Part shown: positions 28,025 through 39,876 of the stretch, piece after piece | How the letters are laid out: every line of letters begins with the position of its first letter | Position numbering within the stretch: position 1 is the stretch's first letter | Source: a bacterium | GTDB lineage: Bacteria; Patescibacteriota; Minisyncoccia; Phycocordibacterales; CAIZLB01 | Reading direction: 5' to 3' | DNA: 64,000 nucleotides | NCBI GenBank assembly: GCA_037127815.1 | Contig: JBAXXP010000003.1 | Coordinates: 24,096 to 88,095 of the forward strand | Notes under the pieces: model-generated | What the model was told of the DNA's origin: nothing | Seen by the model: the letters and a program-made list of their open reading frames with translations, nothing else | The model's database searches: none | Position numbers and translations under genes: made by a program

Positions 28025-29206
28025 CTATATTTCAGCAATAAAATCTTCAACTATTTTTCTAACCTCCCCTGCATTTTGTGTCTCCATTAATTGTGCACGT
28101 AACTCCTTTGCTCCATCAAAGCCATTAACATAGGCCTTATAATGCTTCTTCATTACGGCAAAGTTTTTTATTCCTCCAAGTTCGTTTTGAAATTTTTGAG
28201 TGTGCTCTACCATTACATTTAGCTTTTCTTTTATGGATGGCTCCAGCGGTTCTTGCAGAGGGTTTCTAATTGTAGAAAATAACCAAGGATTTCCAAAAAT
28301 TGCTCTACCAATCATAACACCGTCTGCACCTGTATCCTTTGCTTTTTTGTATCCATCTTCAATTGATTCTACATCTCCATTTCCAAATATTAATGTGTGA
28401 TTCTTTCCAGCTTCTATAAGATGCGATTGCATTTTATTTCTTATCAAAACTGCACGATTCACATAATCCCAATTTGCTGGAACTTTTGACATTTCTTTTC
28501 TTGTTCTTGCATGAACTGTAACAACAGCAGGTGCAGCTTCTAGAATATTTTTTAACCATGAATCTAATTCATCTTTATTATATCCAACTCTAGTTTTAAC
28601 AGTTATGGGAATTATTTTTATCGATTTTTCACCAGTACTATCCCCTTTACTTTCCTGGCTCGCCCTCTCTACTCCCCGCTTTGCAGCAAGGACAATTTCT
28701 TTAGCGAGTTTCGGATTCTTCATCATTGAAGCCCCTGCTCCCTGCTTTTCAATACTTTTATCAGGACATCCCATATTTAAATCTATTCCATCAAATCCAA
28801 GTTCAGCAACCAATTTGCAAGCTTCCTCCATATATTGTGGATGTGATCCAAAAAGTTGTGCAACTATTGGATGCTCTAATTCTGATGAGAATTTTAAATC
28901 TGCTAGTAGTTTTTTCTTTCCTTCCTCTGTTGCTCTGACAAGTCCGTCAGCTGCCACAAACTCAGTCCACAAAACATCTGGCATTCCATATTTTGCGATT
29001 ACATATCTAAAGGCACAATCTGTAACATCTGCCATTGGAGCAAGAACAAAGATGGGACGATTTTCACTTTTGCATTTTGAGTCTATCTCTTTCCAAAAAC
29101 CCAAATTTGGTTCCTCAATCTCTATAGCAGAAGGACCACAACAAGTGTGACTCATTGCGTTCTTGTAGATATTTTTTATAAAATTTTTAACAGTTTTTAA
29201 AGCCAT
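28025..29206 (-). CDS. dus: tRNA-dihydrouridine synthase
   Basis: LAPMADVT, LNMGCP, VHART, GNGD and MIGRA motifs. Confidence 0.92.
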   Translation of the reverse strand: MALKTVKNFIKNIYKNAMSHTCCGPSAIEIEEPNLGFWKEIDSKCKSENRPIFVLAPMADVTDCAFRYVIAKYGMPDVLWTEFVAADGLVRATEEGKKKLLADLKFSSELEHPIVAQLFGSHPQYMEEACKLVAELGFDGIDLNMGCPDKSIEKQGAGASMMKNPKLAKEIVLAAKRGVERASQESKGDSTGEKSIKIIPITVKTRVGYNKDELDSWLKNILEAAPAVVTVHARTRKEMSKVPANWDYVNRAVLIRNKMQSHLIEAGKNHTLIFGNGDVESIEDGYKKAKDTGADGVMIGRAIFGNPWLFSTIRNPLQEPLEPSIKEKLNVMVEHTQKFQNELGGIKNFAVMKKHYKAYVNGFDGAKELRAQLMETQNAGEVRKIVEDFIAEI

Positions 29207-29245
29207 ATATTATGCGTATTGTAGCAGATTTTGAGGTAAATTAAA

Positions 29246-29274
29246 GGGCGCGGAGGTCGAAGACCTCCGCGCCC
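29246..29274 (-). terminator. GC-rich hairpin terminator
   Basis: GGGCGCGGAGGTC/GACCTCCGCGCCC 13-bp stem downstream of the HAD gene. Confidence 0.7.
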
Positions 29275-29289
29275 GCTTTGAGTCGCTAA

Positions 29290-30078
29290 TCAAATCGTAA
29301 GTGACGCGCTCAATTCAATATCACCAAATGCAGCCCTTGCTATCTCATCGTAGGAAATCATTCCCCTAGCACCATTATCAATCATCTTCTCCCTCCACTT
29401 CCTGTCACGAGTAGATTCTCCGTTGATGGTCGCTTTGCTCATTACCGCAACTGGAGTAACCATATCACTATATCCCTTTGCTGACTTCATGTCTTTTGGA
29501 CTATCTCCAAAGAAGTAAAAAGGAACAAATGATTTTCCTCCATGATGCATCCAATGGAAGCTTGCCAAGGATCCTAGAACACCGGACTTATTAACTCCTG
29601 AGACAATGACATCAAATGAAATACCAGTCTGTTTTTTTAGAATCCAGGAAACAGGAAGAACCGTGTTTGCAGTCACAAAAATAATATACCGTGAGACATT
29701 AACTTCCTGAAGCATTTCTATTGCTCCTGGAAAAAACTTACTGGGTTTTATCCGTTCGACCTCAAGTATGATCCTGCTATATTGTTTCCATGCATCTTCC
29801 ATTGAAATCCTTCTTGGAAGTCCCCAATGGTGAAAGCATTCTCCACTCAATATAACTCCCATCTTGAATTCATCTAAGCCAGGAACCCTTCGGGTAGCTG
29901 ACGTGTACTGGCCAATAAAATGTCTGGCCGCCAACCAATAAGTCTTAGCACTGTCATAGACGGTGCCGTCAAAATCAAATGCAATCAATGGTTTTGGAAC
30001 ACCACAGCTGGACAATTCGACATTAACAACTTGACTATCTTTTATGCCATGGATCTTTGTGAGAAAGATCCTGTTCAT
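29290..30078 (-). CDS. HAD-superfamily hydrolase
   Basis: FDFDGT motif I and GDSPKD motif; AGGAGG SD before ATG 30078. Confidence 0.75.
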   Translation of the reverse strand: MNRIFLTKIHGIKDSQVVNVELSSCGVPKPLIAFDFDGTVYDSAKTYWLAARHFIGQYTSATRRVPGLDEFKMGVILSGECFHHWGLPRRISMEDAWKQYSRIILEVERIKPSKFFPGAIEMLQEVNVSRYIIFVTANTVLPVSWILKKQTGISFDVIVSGVNKSGVLGSLASFHWMHHGGKSFVPFYFFGDSPKDMKSAKGYSDMVTPVAVMSKATINGESTRDRKWREKMIDNGARGMISYDEIARAAFGDIELSASLTI

Positions 30079-30271
30079 ATTTTCACCACCTCCTGTATAT
30101 AATTCTATACCCGATATCATTTTGGAAAAGAGCTTGTTTGCGCTCCCCTTTCTGTACAAAAAGGTACCACACTAATATATACTTAGCAATACCGATTAGA
30201 TTTTACAAGATATGATACAATGATGAAATACAAATTATAAAAATAAGTAGTTGAGCCAAAAACTCGATTAA

Positions 30272-31636
<1,365 letters not shown>

Positions 31637-31644
31637 TTAAAACA

Positions 31645-33282
31645 ATGAACAACACACAAGACGCAGACTATGGAGTAACAGAAACTGATGGTACAGCTGT
31701 TGCAGAAAGACATCATCTTAGAAAACCTATAATTCTAATTGTTCTTGATGGTTGGGGTTACAGAGAAGACAAGAAAGACAACGCAATTGCTGAGGCAAAT
31801 ACTCCCAGATTTAAAGAATTCTGGAATACTTATCCTCACACCCTTTTGGATGCAAGCGGCCTTGCAGTAGGTTTACCTGAGGGTCAAATGGGAAATAGTG
31901 AAATTGGTCACACAACAATTGGTGCGGGACGTGCAATGGATACAGATTTGGTTAGAATAAAAAAATCAATTACGAGCGGTGAGTATGAAAAGTTACCACC
32001 ATTTGTTGAATTATTTAATCATGTCAATCAAAACGACAGCACCCTTCATGCTATGGGACTTTTAAGTGATGGTGGAATACACAGTCATCAAGACCATCTA
32101 TTTGCATTTATTCGTGCTGCAAAAAACGCTGGAGTAAAAAAACTAGCTATTCATGTCTTTACAGATGGTCGTGATGTTCCCCCACAAAGTGCTTCAAAGT
32201 ATATTGCAGACCTTCAAGCAGTTATCAAAGAAGTTGGTCTTGGATTTATCGCAACTATTTCTGGTAGATACTACGCGATGGATCGTGATAACAATGCAGA
32301 GAGACTAGCAAAAGCTGAGGATGCTATTTACAACACCAAAGGAAATCTTTGTGAAATAAATCCAGTAGATTATTTGGAAAATCTTTATAAAGAAGAGAAG
32401 ATTGATGAACTACTAGAGCCAATTGTTTGTAAGAATACTATTGGAGGAATTACCAATGGTACAGAAGTGATAGGCGCTCCGATAAATGAACATGATGGTA
32501 TTTTCTTTTACAACTTTAGAGCAGACCGTGCACGCCAATTAACAAGAAGTATTCTAGCAAAAGCAAAGTCTATGGATTTATCTTTTGTAGGAATGGCTTC
32601 ATATGGTGATGAGTTTAATTATCCCGTTGTATTCCCTTCTCTACTTATCGAAACGACTCTTGCAAAAGAAATTTCTCAAGACGGTTTTACTCAAGCTCAT
32701 ATTGCAGAAACAGAAAAGTTTCCTCATGCTACATATTTTCTAAATGGTGGAGTTGAGAAACCATATCCTGGAGAATCACATATTCTTTTAGCAAGCCACA
32801 AAGATGTTCCTACACATGACTTAGCACCAAAAATGCGAGCTGAAGGAATTGCTGATAAGGCGATTGAGCAAATAGAAGCAGGCACTGATTTTATCTTTAT
32901 AAACTTTGCCAATGCTGACATGATTGGCCACACAGCAAATGTTCCAGCTATAATTGAGTCTGTAGAGGAAGCTGATAAGCAATTAGGACGAGTAGTTGAT
33001 GCAGCCGTTGCACGTGGTGGTATAGTGTTTATTACAGCTGATCATGGAAACGCTGAATTAAATATTGATCAAACAACTGGAAAGAAACATACATCACATA
33101 CAACAAACTTGGTCCCGATGATTGTAACAGACAAAGAAATAAAATTACGTGAGAAAGGCAATTCAACAAACACAGCAACGTTTGGTGTTCCAACACTAGC
33201 TGATATTGCACCAACTATTTTTGATGAGATGCAAATCAAGAAGCCGGATTTCATGACGGGAGAAAGTTTGATTGTGAAATAG
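31645..33282 (+). CDS. gpmI: 2,3-bisphosphoglycerate-independent phosphoglycerate mutase
   Basis: LDGWG, GNSEIGH, GRYYAMDRD, AETEK and TADHGN. Confidence 0.96.
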   Translation: MNNTQDADYGVTETDGTAVAERHHLRKPIILIVLDGWGYREDKKDNAIAEANTPRFKEFWNTYPHTLLDASGLAVGLPEGQMGNSEIGHTTIGAGRAMDTDLVRIKKSITSGEYEKLPPFVELFNHVNQNDSTLHAMGLLSDGGIHSHQDHLFAFIRAAKNAGVKKLAIHVFTDGRDVPPQSASKYIADLQAVIKEVGLGFIATISGRYYAMDRDNNAERLAKAEDAIYNTKGNLCEINPVDYLENLYKEEKIDELLEPIVCKNTIGGITNGTEVIGAPINEHDGIFFYNFRADRARQLTRSILAKAKSMDLSFVGMASYGDEFNYPVVFPSLLIETTLAKEISQDGFTQAHIAETEKFPHATYFLNGGVEKPYPGESHILLASHKDVPTHDLAPKMRAEGIADKAIEQIEAGTDFIFINFANADMIGHTANVPAIIESVEEADKQLGRVVDAAVARGGIVFITADHGNAELNIDQTTGKKHTSHTTNLVPMIVTDKEIKLREKGNSTNTATFGVPTLADIAPTIFDEMQIKKPDFMTGESLIVK

Positions 33283-33305
33283 TACTTACCACAAGTATCG
33301 TTCTG

Positions 33306-33343
33306 CAACAAAAAAGTATGCTCTCAAGCATACTTTTTTGTTG
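33306..33343. terminator. Bidirectional intrinsic terminator
   Basis: CAACAAAAAAAGTATGCT...AGCATACTTTTTTTGTTG between convergent genes. Confidence 0.75.
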
Positions 33344-33363
33344 ACTCTTTAATATCAAACGAT

Positions 33364-33879
33364 TTACGCAGCCAACTTTTCTAATATCTTAATCTCCTCC
33401 TCTAGGTGATGCTCGTCTGTTTTCAATTTAGTAATTTCTTGTTCTTCCATTCTCTTTCTACTTATTGCAACAGCCAATTCCTTTACATGATTCTCTGTTG
33501 TTTTGTCTGAATAAGCCTTTAAACTAGTTACCTTTTGTATTTCAGTTTCAATATCCTTAATTTTATTTCTAAGCTCTCTAATCTTCATATCAAAGTTCTC
33601 TACAGTCTTAGGGGCTGATAACCTAACAACATTACCTTCGAGCCTCCTAAACTCCACATTTCTTCTAGCTAGCTCATCCTTAATTATTCTTAATTTAATA
33701 TTCCTTGACTGAATATCTTGCTTTGCACGAGTTTGCTGATCTTTCTTTCTTTGTTCCGCAATCTGCTTAAGTCTCATCTGTTCAGATGCACCAGCATCAA
33801 ACCCAAGCGCTTGCTTATGTTGTGAAAAACTATCTCCTTGTTGATATCCAAATGTCATATTGATTACATTATACATCAT
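33364..33879 (-). CDS. Coiled-coil hypothetical protein
   Basis: Charged, heptad-rich 171 aa ORF. Confidence 0.6.
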   Translation of the reverse strand: MMYNVINMTFGYQQGDSFSQHKQALGFDAGASEQMRLKQIAEQRKKDQQTRAKQDIQSRNIKLRIIKDELARRNVEFRRLEGNVVRLSAPKTVENFDMKIRELRNKIKDIETEIQKVTSLKAYSDKTTENHVKELAVAISRKRMEEQEITKLKTDEHHLEEEIKILEKLAA

Positions 33880-33927
33880 TCATCATTTATACATAAATTT
33901 ATAGAAGATGTTTTGTATATAATAATA

Positions 33928-34311
33928 CTATTCAATTGAATCAAAAAACACTAAATCATATTTCTCCTTTAAAATAACGGAAGATGAAGTCTTGTTGAAT
34001 TTGATACCTATGTCCCTATCTTCCTTTAGTTCTGGAGTACTTTGAACTGTGTTGGATACCAAGCTGCTAAAACTATTCTCGATTTTTTGATTACTGATCC
34101 TAAATCGTCTATATATATTTGCAAAATTAATGTTATAAATATTATCATTTCTAAACTCCGTCCGTTTATCATTGGAGGCCAACCTACTATTCATTTGAAT
34201 CATAGACTCAATAACAAACACGGCAAAGGTTACAAAAACCGCACAATAAATCACAATCTCTATCAAAGTGAATCCTTGCTTAAAATTTGTATTTATTTTT
34301 TTATATATCAT
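33928..34311 (-). CDS. Minor pilin/pseudopilin
   Basis: QG|FTLIEIVIY motif. Confidence 0.8.
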   Translation of the reverse strand: MIYKKINTNFKQGFTLIEIVIYCAVFVTFAVFVIESMIQMNSRLASNDKRTEFRNDNIYNINFANIYRRFRISNQKIENSFSSLVSNTVQSTPELKEDRDIGIKFNKTSSSVILKEKYDLVFFDSIE

Positions 34312-35609
34312 GCGGGAATTAATTCAAAAATTATTGGTGTTATTGATTCTGTTGAAGTCCCATTCATTTTGTAATTTGATCCAACTCCAAAAATTTTATC
34401 CCCAACACACTCTAAATCTATTATCGAACTTGTGGTATTAATTGTCTGTATTATTTTAGACAAATCAAAACTATCTCTAATTTGAATTTTAGAATTATTC
34501 TTTCCGGCTGCAATAAATAAATTTCTGCCAGAGATAAGCATTGAATATATACCTTCATTAACATCTATAGAATTTACTAAATCATAGACAAAACTTACAG
34601 CTGTGTTCTGGTTCAAGTTCTTGGTACTTGTAGAATAATCCCTATCTATATTAATCTTGAACAGTTCGTTATTTCCAGCTGTCCTTCCAACATAAATTGA
34701 GCCATTATCTTGAATCAAACTCCTTACATTTCCAAGTGATCCAAACAGATCAAATGAGCTTACAGATGGAGCAAACGGAAATAAAGTCATGGGTGTGTAT
34801 GTAAAATTGCAATTTAAACACAAATCAATTATTTCAGGCTCCTTTGCTGTTGAGACAAGAAGGTGCTGGTATTTATCATACATTGGCCATAAATCCTGGA
34901 CCGAGCTATCCAGTTCCCATTTGTTATCAATAGCACCAGCCATCCCTATAACAGAATCTATTTTTGTTAAATCAATAGAAAACAGTTCTTCATTATTATT
35001 TTTCTTGAGTCCTACAAATAAGTGCGGATAAATAATTGCTAACTTTGTTGCATACACCGGATTAGCGGAGCTGGACCAAGATATTTTATAATCACCGACT
35101 TTATTAAGTTTCATAAGAGTGGGATCAAATTTAAATTTTTGTATCGCGCTATTAACACTTGAATTAATTACTAATATATTTCTTCCTACATTAACCAATC
35201 CCAGAACACCAGGCCCAGAATCAATTCTGTCTAATGGCTCTGAAATATTTTTATAATTATATGTAATCAAATCATAATCCGTTGTTGAGGCGGAATTCAA
35301 GCTCACATAAATATTCTGGCCATCTGAAATTATTCCCGTCACTTCAGTAGAGGTTGATTTAACTGGGATTATTTGAGATATCATCATGTACGAGGATGGT
35401 GTACTAGTCCCCGTGTCACCACTACATAAATCGACTCTATTCATATATGCCTCTGAACCAACTTTTGTTACATCAAAAATTGTTTGATTAGAAACGTCTT
35501 GAATTAATTTATATGGAGACCTTTCATTTATGCCAAGTATATATGAATTTATAGGAATCATAATTGCAATCCAAAGCATTAAGGAGGTCATCAATTCTAG
35601 TATGAGCAT
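34308..35609 (-). CDS. Pilin-like N-terminus plus probable beta-propeller (pilus-associated protein)
   Basis: MLILELMTSLMLWIAIM N-terminus and repeated beta-strand units; within the pil operon. Confidence 0.6.
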   Translation of the reverse strand: MLILELMTSLMLWIAIMIPINSYILGINERSPYKLIQDVSNQTIFDVTKVGSEAYMNRVDLCSGDTGTSTPSSYMMISQIIPVKSTSTEVTGIISDGQNIYVSLNSASTTDYDLITYNYKNISEPLDRIDSGPGVLGLVNVGRNILVINSSVNSAIQKFKFDPTLMKLNKVGDYKISWSSSANPVYATKLAIIYPHLFVGLKKNNNEELFSIDLTKIDSVIGMAGAIDNKWELDSSVQDLWPMYDKYQHLLVSTAKEPEIIDLCLNCNFTYTPMTLFPFAPSVSSFDLFGSLGNVRSLIQDNGSIYVGRTAGNNELFKINIDRDYSTSTKNLNQNTAVSFVYDLVNSIDVNEGIYSMLISGRNLFIAAGKNNSKIQIRDSFDLSKIIQTINTTSSIIDLECVGDKIFGVGSNYKMNGTSTESITPIIFELIPA

Positions 35610-35647
35610 TAATATTTTTTGTTAATTATAATCTTAATTTAATCATT

Positions 35648-36706
35648 TTAATAACCCGTATAGGAAATAAGTGAATACATTGGCGTGATAATAGAAACTG
35701 CAATAAACCCAACGCCTATCCCAACAGCAATCATTGATATTGGTTCAATAAGCTTATTTATCAAAGAAATTCCTTCATCAAAATATTCTTGATGAATGTC
35801 TGCTATAGAAGAAAATGTCTCCGATATAGACCCAGTTTGCTCTCCACAAACAATTAAAGGAATCCATATTTTATTTTTACTGGACACCTCCCTACCTATG
35901 CTTTTTGACAAGAGCATTCCACCTTCAACTTCATTTGCAACGTTTAAGAGTTTTGTTCTTTCTACTGGTATTAGAGATCCCTTTGCTGAGTCTCGTAGCG
36001 ACTCGACAAGGAGACCACTTGAAGCAAAGACCTCGCTTGCTATTCTAAAGCTAATTAAGGCCGAGTAATGATTTATTAGGCTTCCAAATACTGGAATTTT
36101 AATCATTAAGCTTCCAACGTGATTTTGAAAAGTCTCTAGGCCTTTTTTCTTTATATAAAACACAAACCCTATCGTAATTACTACAGATAAAATAATTCCC
36201 AAAAACATCATAGGCAATAAATTGTCACTTAAGAAAAAAAGCACTTGTGTTGTCCAAGGTATGCTAATTCTTCCTCCACTAAATAAAGGTTTAATCTTTG
36301 GTACAATTATTATTAGTATCATTAATACTAAAATTAAAGATACGGCCAGTATAATACATGGATAAAGTAGGGCTAATAATAACTTTGATTTGGTTTTCTC
36401 TATACTCTTACTCATTTTGCATACACGGTTTATCCCCTCCGGTAAATTACCTGAACTCTCAGATTTTTTTATGATTGTTAATTCATAGTTTTTAATTGGT
36501 AAATTCAAATCTTCTATAGATTGTCCAAAAGTTTTACCTGATTTCAATTTATTTATTATTTGATTTTTCCAATCCAAGTCACCTTCATTATTACAAAAAA
36601 CACTAAGTGATTCTACAAGAGGTACACCAGCAGAATATAACCTAGCGAACATTTTGAAATGTACCAGTATATCTTTTCTTAATTTTGAGTTACTTATTTT
36701 TTTCAT
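35648..36706 (-). CDS. pilC: Type IV pilus/T2SS platform protein PilC/GspF
   Basis: AGVPL, ESSGNL, LLYP, GEQTG and IEP..PMY motifs. Confidence 0.85.
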   Translation of the reverse strand: MKKISNSKLRKDILVHFKMFARLYSAGVPLVESLSVFCNNEGDLDWKNQIINKLKSGKTFGQSIEDLNLPIKNYELTIIKKSESSGNLPEGINRVCKMSKSIEKTKSKLLLALLYPCIILAVSLILVLMILIIIVPKIKPLFSGGRISIPWTTQVLFFLSDNLLPMMFLGIILSVVITIGFVFYIKKKGLETFQNHVGSLMIKIPVFGSLINHYSALISFRIASEVFASSGLLVESLRDSAKGSLIPVERTKLLNVANEVEGGMLLSKSIGREVSSKNKIWIPLIVCGEQTGSISETFSSIADIHQEYFDEGISLINKLIEPISMIAVGIGVGFIAVSIITPMYSLISYTGY

Positions 36707-36713
36707 TATTTTT

Positions 36714-37889
36714 TCATATCTTATCCACTTTATTTCTTTTATCTTCTTCCATTGATTCATAAGTGAATTCTTCTTTATATCTACTTACGTCTGACTTACC
36801 ATTATTTTCATCTGTAAAAACTGTGTATGCGTCACCGTCTTTGTTGTGTAACAGGCTTTCAAAAGTAGCTATTTGATCATGTGCCCATTCTGCATCCTTA
36901 GAAACATTTTCCAACCTCTGATTAAATACAGCTCTAATAACCATAGAAAATTCATAAGAATCCGCTCCTAAATATCTACATCTTCTTATTGCCATTTTTA
37001 CATCCCTTGCATGAATTGTTGTTATTACGGTATGCCCTGTTAAGGCAAGGTTCATTACACTCTTCATGGTGTCAGAATCTCTAACTTCACCAACATAAAT
37101 AACATCTGGGTCCTGCCTCATGGAAGCCTTAAGTGCTTGAACATAGTTAAAGCCTGATTGAGGGCGTATTTGAACTTGCCTTAAACCATCTAACCGTCTC
37201 TCCACAGGATCTTCAATTGTTAAGACTTGCTTGTTTTCTTCAACTAAAGAAGTCAGCAAACTGTACGCACTAGTAGACTTACCACTACCCGTTGGACCCG
37301 AAAAAATAACAAGCCCGGGGGAGATCCTTAAACTTTCTAATAGATTTTGAAATACAGATGAAGACATACCTGTGTCCGTTAGATATTGTATTTTTAAACC
37401 AGAAGAATCTAGTACACGTAAAACCATACACTCTCCATCAACCCCCGGAATTGTTGCTACGCGAACTCTATAGTTTAAGTGCCCAAAACTACCATCTTGT
37501 GGTACATCCCTTATGTCTATGCGCATTTGAGCAAGAATCTTATACCTTCCAATTAATTCTATGTATTGTTCATACCTTATATAGCGACCTTCACTCATAT
37601 CTCCTTTTATTCTAAATCTTATTTCCGTCTTGTCCTTAAAAGGTTGGATATGAATATCCGATGCAGATAATTTTATAGCATCTGCAATTAATGTATCAGC
37701 TTGATCAATTGAATTCTTTGAATGTAAATATAATAATGACTCATCATGACTTTTTTTTATAGAATTTACTATTGCTTCAGGTAAAATTACCGATGCAATA
37801 GATGGTTCTGTCAAAATAGAGAGGCCTTGTTTTATAGACCCCTCTTTTAATCTTACTTTCAAAATATTCTCACTGGTTTTTTGTGCCAT
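36714..37889 (-). CDS. PilB/GspE/ComGA-family assembly ATPase
   Basis: SDIHIQP, PQDG, GPTGSGKST, TIEDPVE, RQDPDVIYVGEVRD and TGH..TTIH. Confidence 0.9.
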   Translation of the reverse strand: MAQKTSENILKVRLKEGSIKQGLSILTEPSIASVILPEAIVNSIKKSHDESLLYLHSKNSIDQADTLIADAIKLSASDIHIQPFKDKTEIRFRIKGDMSEGRYIRYEQYIELIGRYKILAQMRIDIRDVPQDGSFGHLNYRVRVATIPGVDGECMVLRVLDSSGLKIQYLTDTGMSSSVFQNLLESLRISPGLVIFSGPTGSGKSTSAYSLLTSLVEENKQVLTIEDPVERRLDGLRQVQIRPQSGFNYVQALKASMRQDPDVIYVGEVRDSDTMKSVMNLALTGHTVITTIHARDVKMAIRRCRYLGADSYEFSMVIRAVFNQRLENVSKDAEWAHDQIATFESLLHNKDGDAYTVFTDENNGKSDVSRYKEEFTYESMEEDKRNKVDKI

Positions 37890-37899
37890 ATGAAAATCC

Positions 37900-37957
37900 T
37901 AACAAATCAATATGAGTTTTCTATAAAGAAAAGATAAAGAAATACCAAAGATTTTAT
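37900..37957 (+). repeat. 58-bp perfect direct repeat, copy 1
   Basis: TAACAAATCAATATGAGTTTTCTATAAAGAAAAGATAAAGAAATACCAAAGATTTTAT, identical at 38886-38943. Confidence 0.95.
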
Positions 37958-38015
37958 TTTATATTTTTTTGATTATTTAATTTCTAAACATTATTTGTCT
38001 ATTCCAGTATTATTT

Positions 38016-38822
38016 CTATATGCCTTTTACAAATCTGCGCCTTGTCACAATAGACCTTTTCAACTTAATTTCCAGTCTCTTTCTGGCATCACCTGCAATA
38101 TCACCACCAAATTTTGCATCTTCTTTAAGTTTTGATATACCTTTTGAATCTTCATTTCTATGAATTTCGGTTGTAGAGCGCTCTCCCAACATATTAAAAA
38201 TCAATTCAAAATCATTCATGTTATCTCTCAAACTTTCTTTTTTAAGTCCTTTGAGTTTTTTATATTCTGAGGGTGTAACACCGAAGGTAGCTTTAGAAAT
38301 TTCTGCTGTTAATATTTCATAATCAAGACAATCTCTTGCCCCTCTACTTTTCCATTCCTCAGTCAGCTCTTCACGAATGGTAATACCATGCATACGTTTC
38401 TCAATCCAGTTTTCACTATAACCTTTTAGTTTATACAATTCCCTTGTTCTTTTGACTCCGAGTTCTGGATCCTCTATTTCTTTAACTCTTTCATAACCAA
38501 CCTTTGCTAACCACCGTTTGAATGGTTCTGCTTTTGGCGAAGGAATAGATTGAATAATACGAAATACCCCTTCTGTATTTGCGCAGTCAGTTTCATATTT
38601 TTTACCATCAGATGACTCCAAATTCAGTTGACTACAAATTGTAGACAACTGAATCCCTTCATCATTTTTGACACGAGTTTTCATTGCGCTCCAATAAGCA
38701 CTTGCTCTTGTGCTATCTGTGAGCACAGCTACTATATCTACAATTGAAAAGTACCATTCCTTATTATGAATAACTCTACGTACCCTTCCTCCGTTAAATA
38801 TCACTATTTTGGAAATCTCCAT
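38016..38822 (-). CDS. Bro-N domain (phage antirepressor-like) DNA-binding protein
   Basis: VRR...WYFSIVDIV, RIIQSIPSPKAEPFKRWLA and LRDNM motifs. Confidence 0.85.
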   Translation of the reverse strand: MEISKIVIFNGGRVRRVIHNKEWYFSIVDIVAVLTDSTRASAYWSAMKTRVKNDEGIQLSTICSQLNLESSDGKKYETDCANTEGVFRIIQSIPSPKAEPFKRWLAKVGYERVKEIEDPELGVKRTRELYKLKGYSENWIEKRMHGITIREELTEEWKSRGARDCLDYEILTAEISKATFGVTPSEYKKLKGLKKESLRDNMNDFELIFNMLGERSTTEIHRNEDSKGISKLKEDAKFGGDIAGDARKRLEIKLKRSIVTRRRFVKGI

Positions 38823-38885
38823 ACTGTGATTAAATATTATATTTTAATGTGCGGCAGAAATTTCATTTCTGCCGCACAAAAAAAA

Positions 38886-38943
38886 TAACAAATCAATATG
38901 AGTTTTCTATAAAGAAAAGATAAAGAAATACCAAAGATTTTAT
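38886..38943 (+). repeat. 58-bp perfect direct repeat, copy 2
   Basis: Identical to 37900-37957. Confidence 0.95.
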
Positions 38944-38948
38944 ATTAA

Positions 38949-39842
38949 CTATATCTTGTATTCTCCTATAGAAATTCTTTTTATAGAATATGCCAAAGCC
39001 GGAACATTTAATTTTTCACCAATTAGTTCAGCTAGAGTTCTCATGTACGACCCGCTTCCACATCTAACTTTTATCTTAATCAAAGGAAATTCAATACCCT
39101 GAGTACTATCGCCAGAATGCTTCTTGGTATTTTTTTTTGTATTACTAGAACTATTATTTACAGAGACCTTGTCCCACTCTTGTATTATTTCATTCTGTCT
39201 AAAGTCACCTTTTATTTTTTTGATCCTTTTGATAACATTATTATGTAGTTCATTGGCAGTGATAAAACTGAGATCAATAAACTCAATATCTTTTATAGAC
39301 AGTTTTGTTGTCGGTCTAACAAATGAATCTTTTGATTCATTTGTTGTTTTTTTTCCGAACTCACACTCTTCATTTTCTACATCTTCTTCTGAATCAAATT
39401 CTCTAAACCACATATGTAGTGGCTTTCCGTTTACAGTCTTTGAAGAAAACCATGGATATGGTACCTCCAAATCACCAATAAATGATTCACAAATATTTCC
39501 AATATTTTTAATATCAAAAACTACCTCATTATTTGAAACAGAATTTAATAGCCCTAAAATATCTCCAGTATCAGTTACGGCACCCAGCAGAACCTCAACC
39601 TTATATTCTTTCTCTAGACCCAAAAAGTGTTCCTTGTCCTTTATAGCCTCACCTCGCAAAAAAATCATCAGACCTTCTGCCACAGGATCCAAGCGTCCAG
39701 CGTAAGTGAATTTATCATTAAATGGTAAAAAACCTTCATCTTTTAAACGATTTAAACACTCAAGAGGTGTTTCTCCTTCCTTTTTATATGCCACAAAAAC
39801 ATCGTTTTGTGTATGTAGTTTTTGATTGTCTAAATTAGTCAT
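38949..39842 (-). CDS. truB: tRNA pseudouridine(55) synthase
   Basis: AGRLDPVAEG, KEY, TDTGD and CGSGSYMRTL. Start set at ATG 39842. Confidence 0.88.
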   Translation of the reverse strand: MTNLDNQKLHTQNDVFVAYKKEGETPLECLNRLKDEGFLPFNDKFTYAGRLDPVAEGLMIFLRGEAIKDKEHFLGLEKEYKVEVLLGAVTDTGDILGLLNSVSNNEVVFDIKNIGNICESFIGDLEVPYPWFSSKTVNGKPLHMWFREFDSEEDVENEECEFGKKTTNESKDSFVRPTTKLSIKDIEFIDLSFITANELHNNVIKRIKKIKGDFRQNEIIQEWDKVSVNNSSSNTKKNTKKHSGDSTQGIEFPLIKIKVRCGSGSYMRTLAELIGEKLNVPALAYSIKRISIGEYKI

Positions 39843-39876
39843 CTTAGGATACAATAATACCACTAAATTAAATAAT

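Noticed and set aside
28605-29150. Long antisense or overlapping ORFs in the track (e.g. 28605-29150, 39124-39705, 57902-58327, 55789-56265)
   Set aside because: They are shadows of well-supported genes on the opposite strand, with no motifs of their own.
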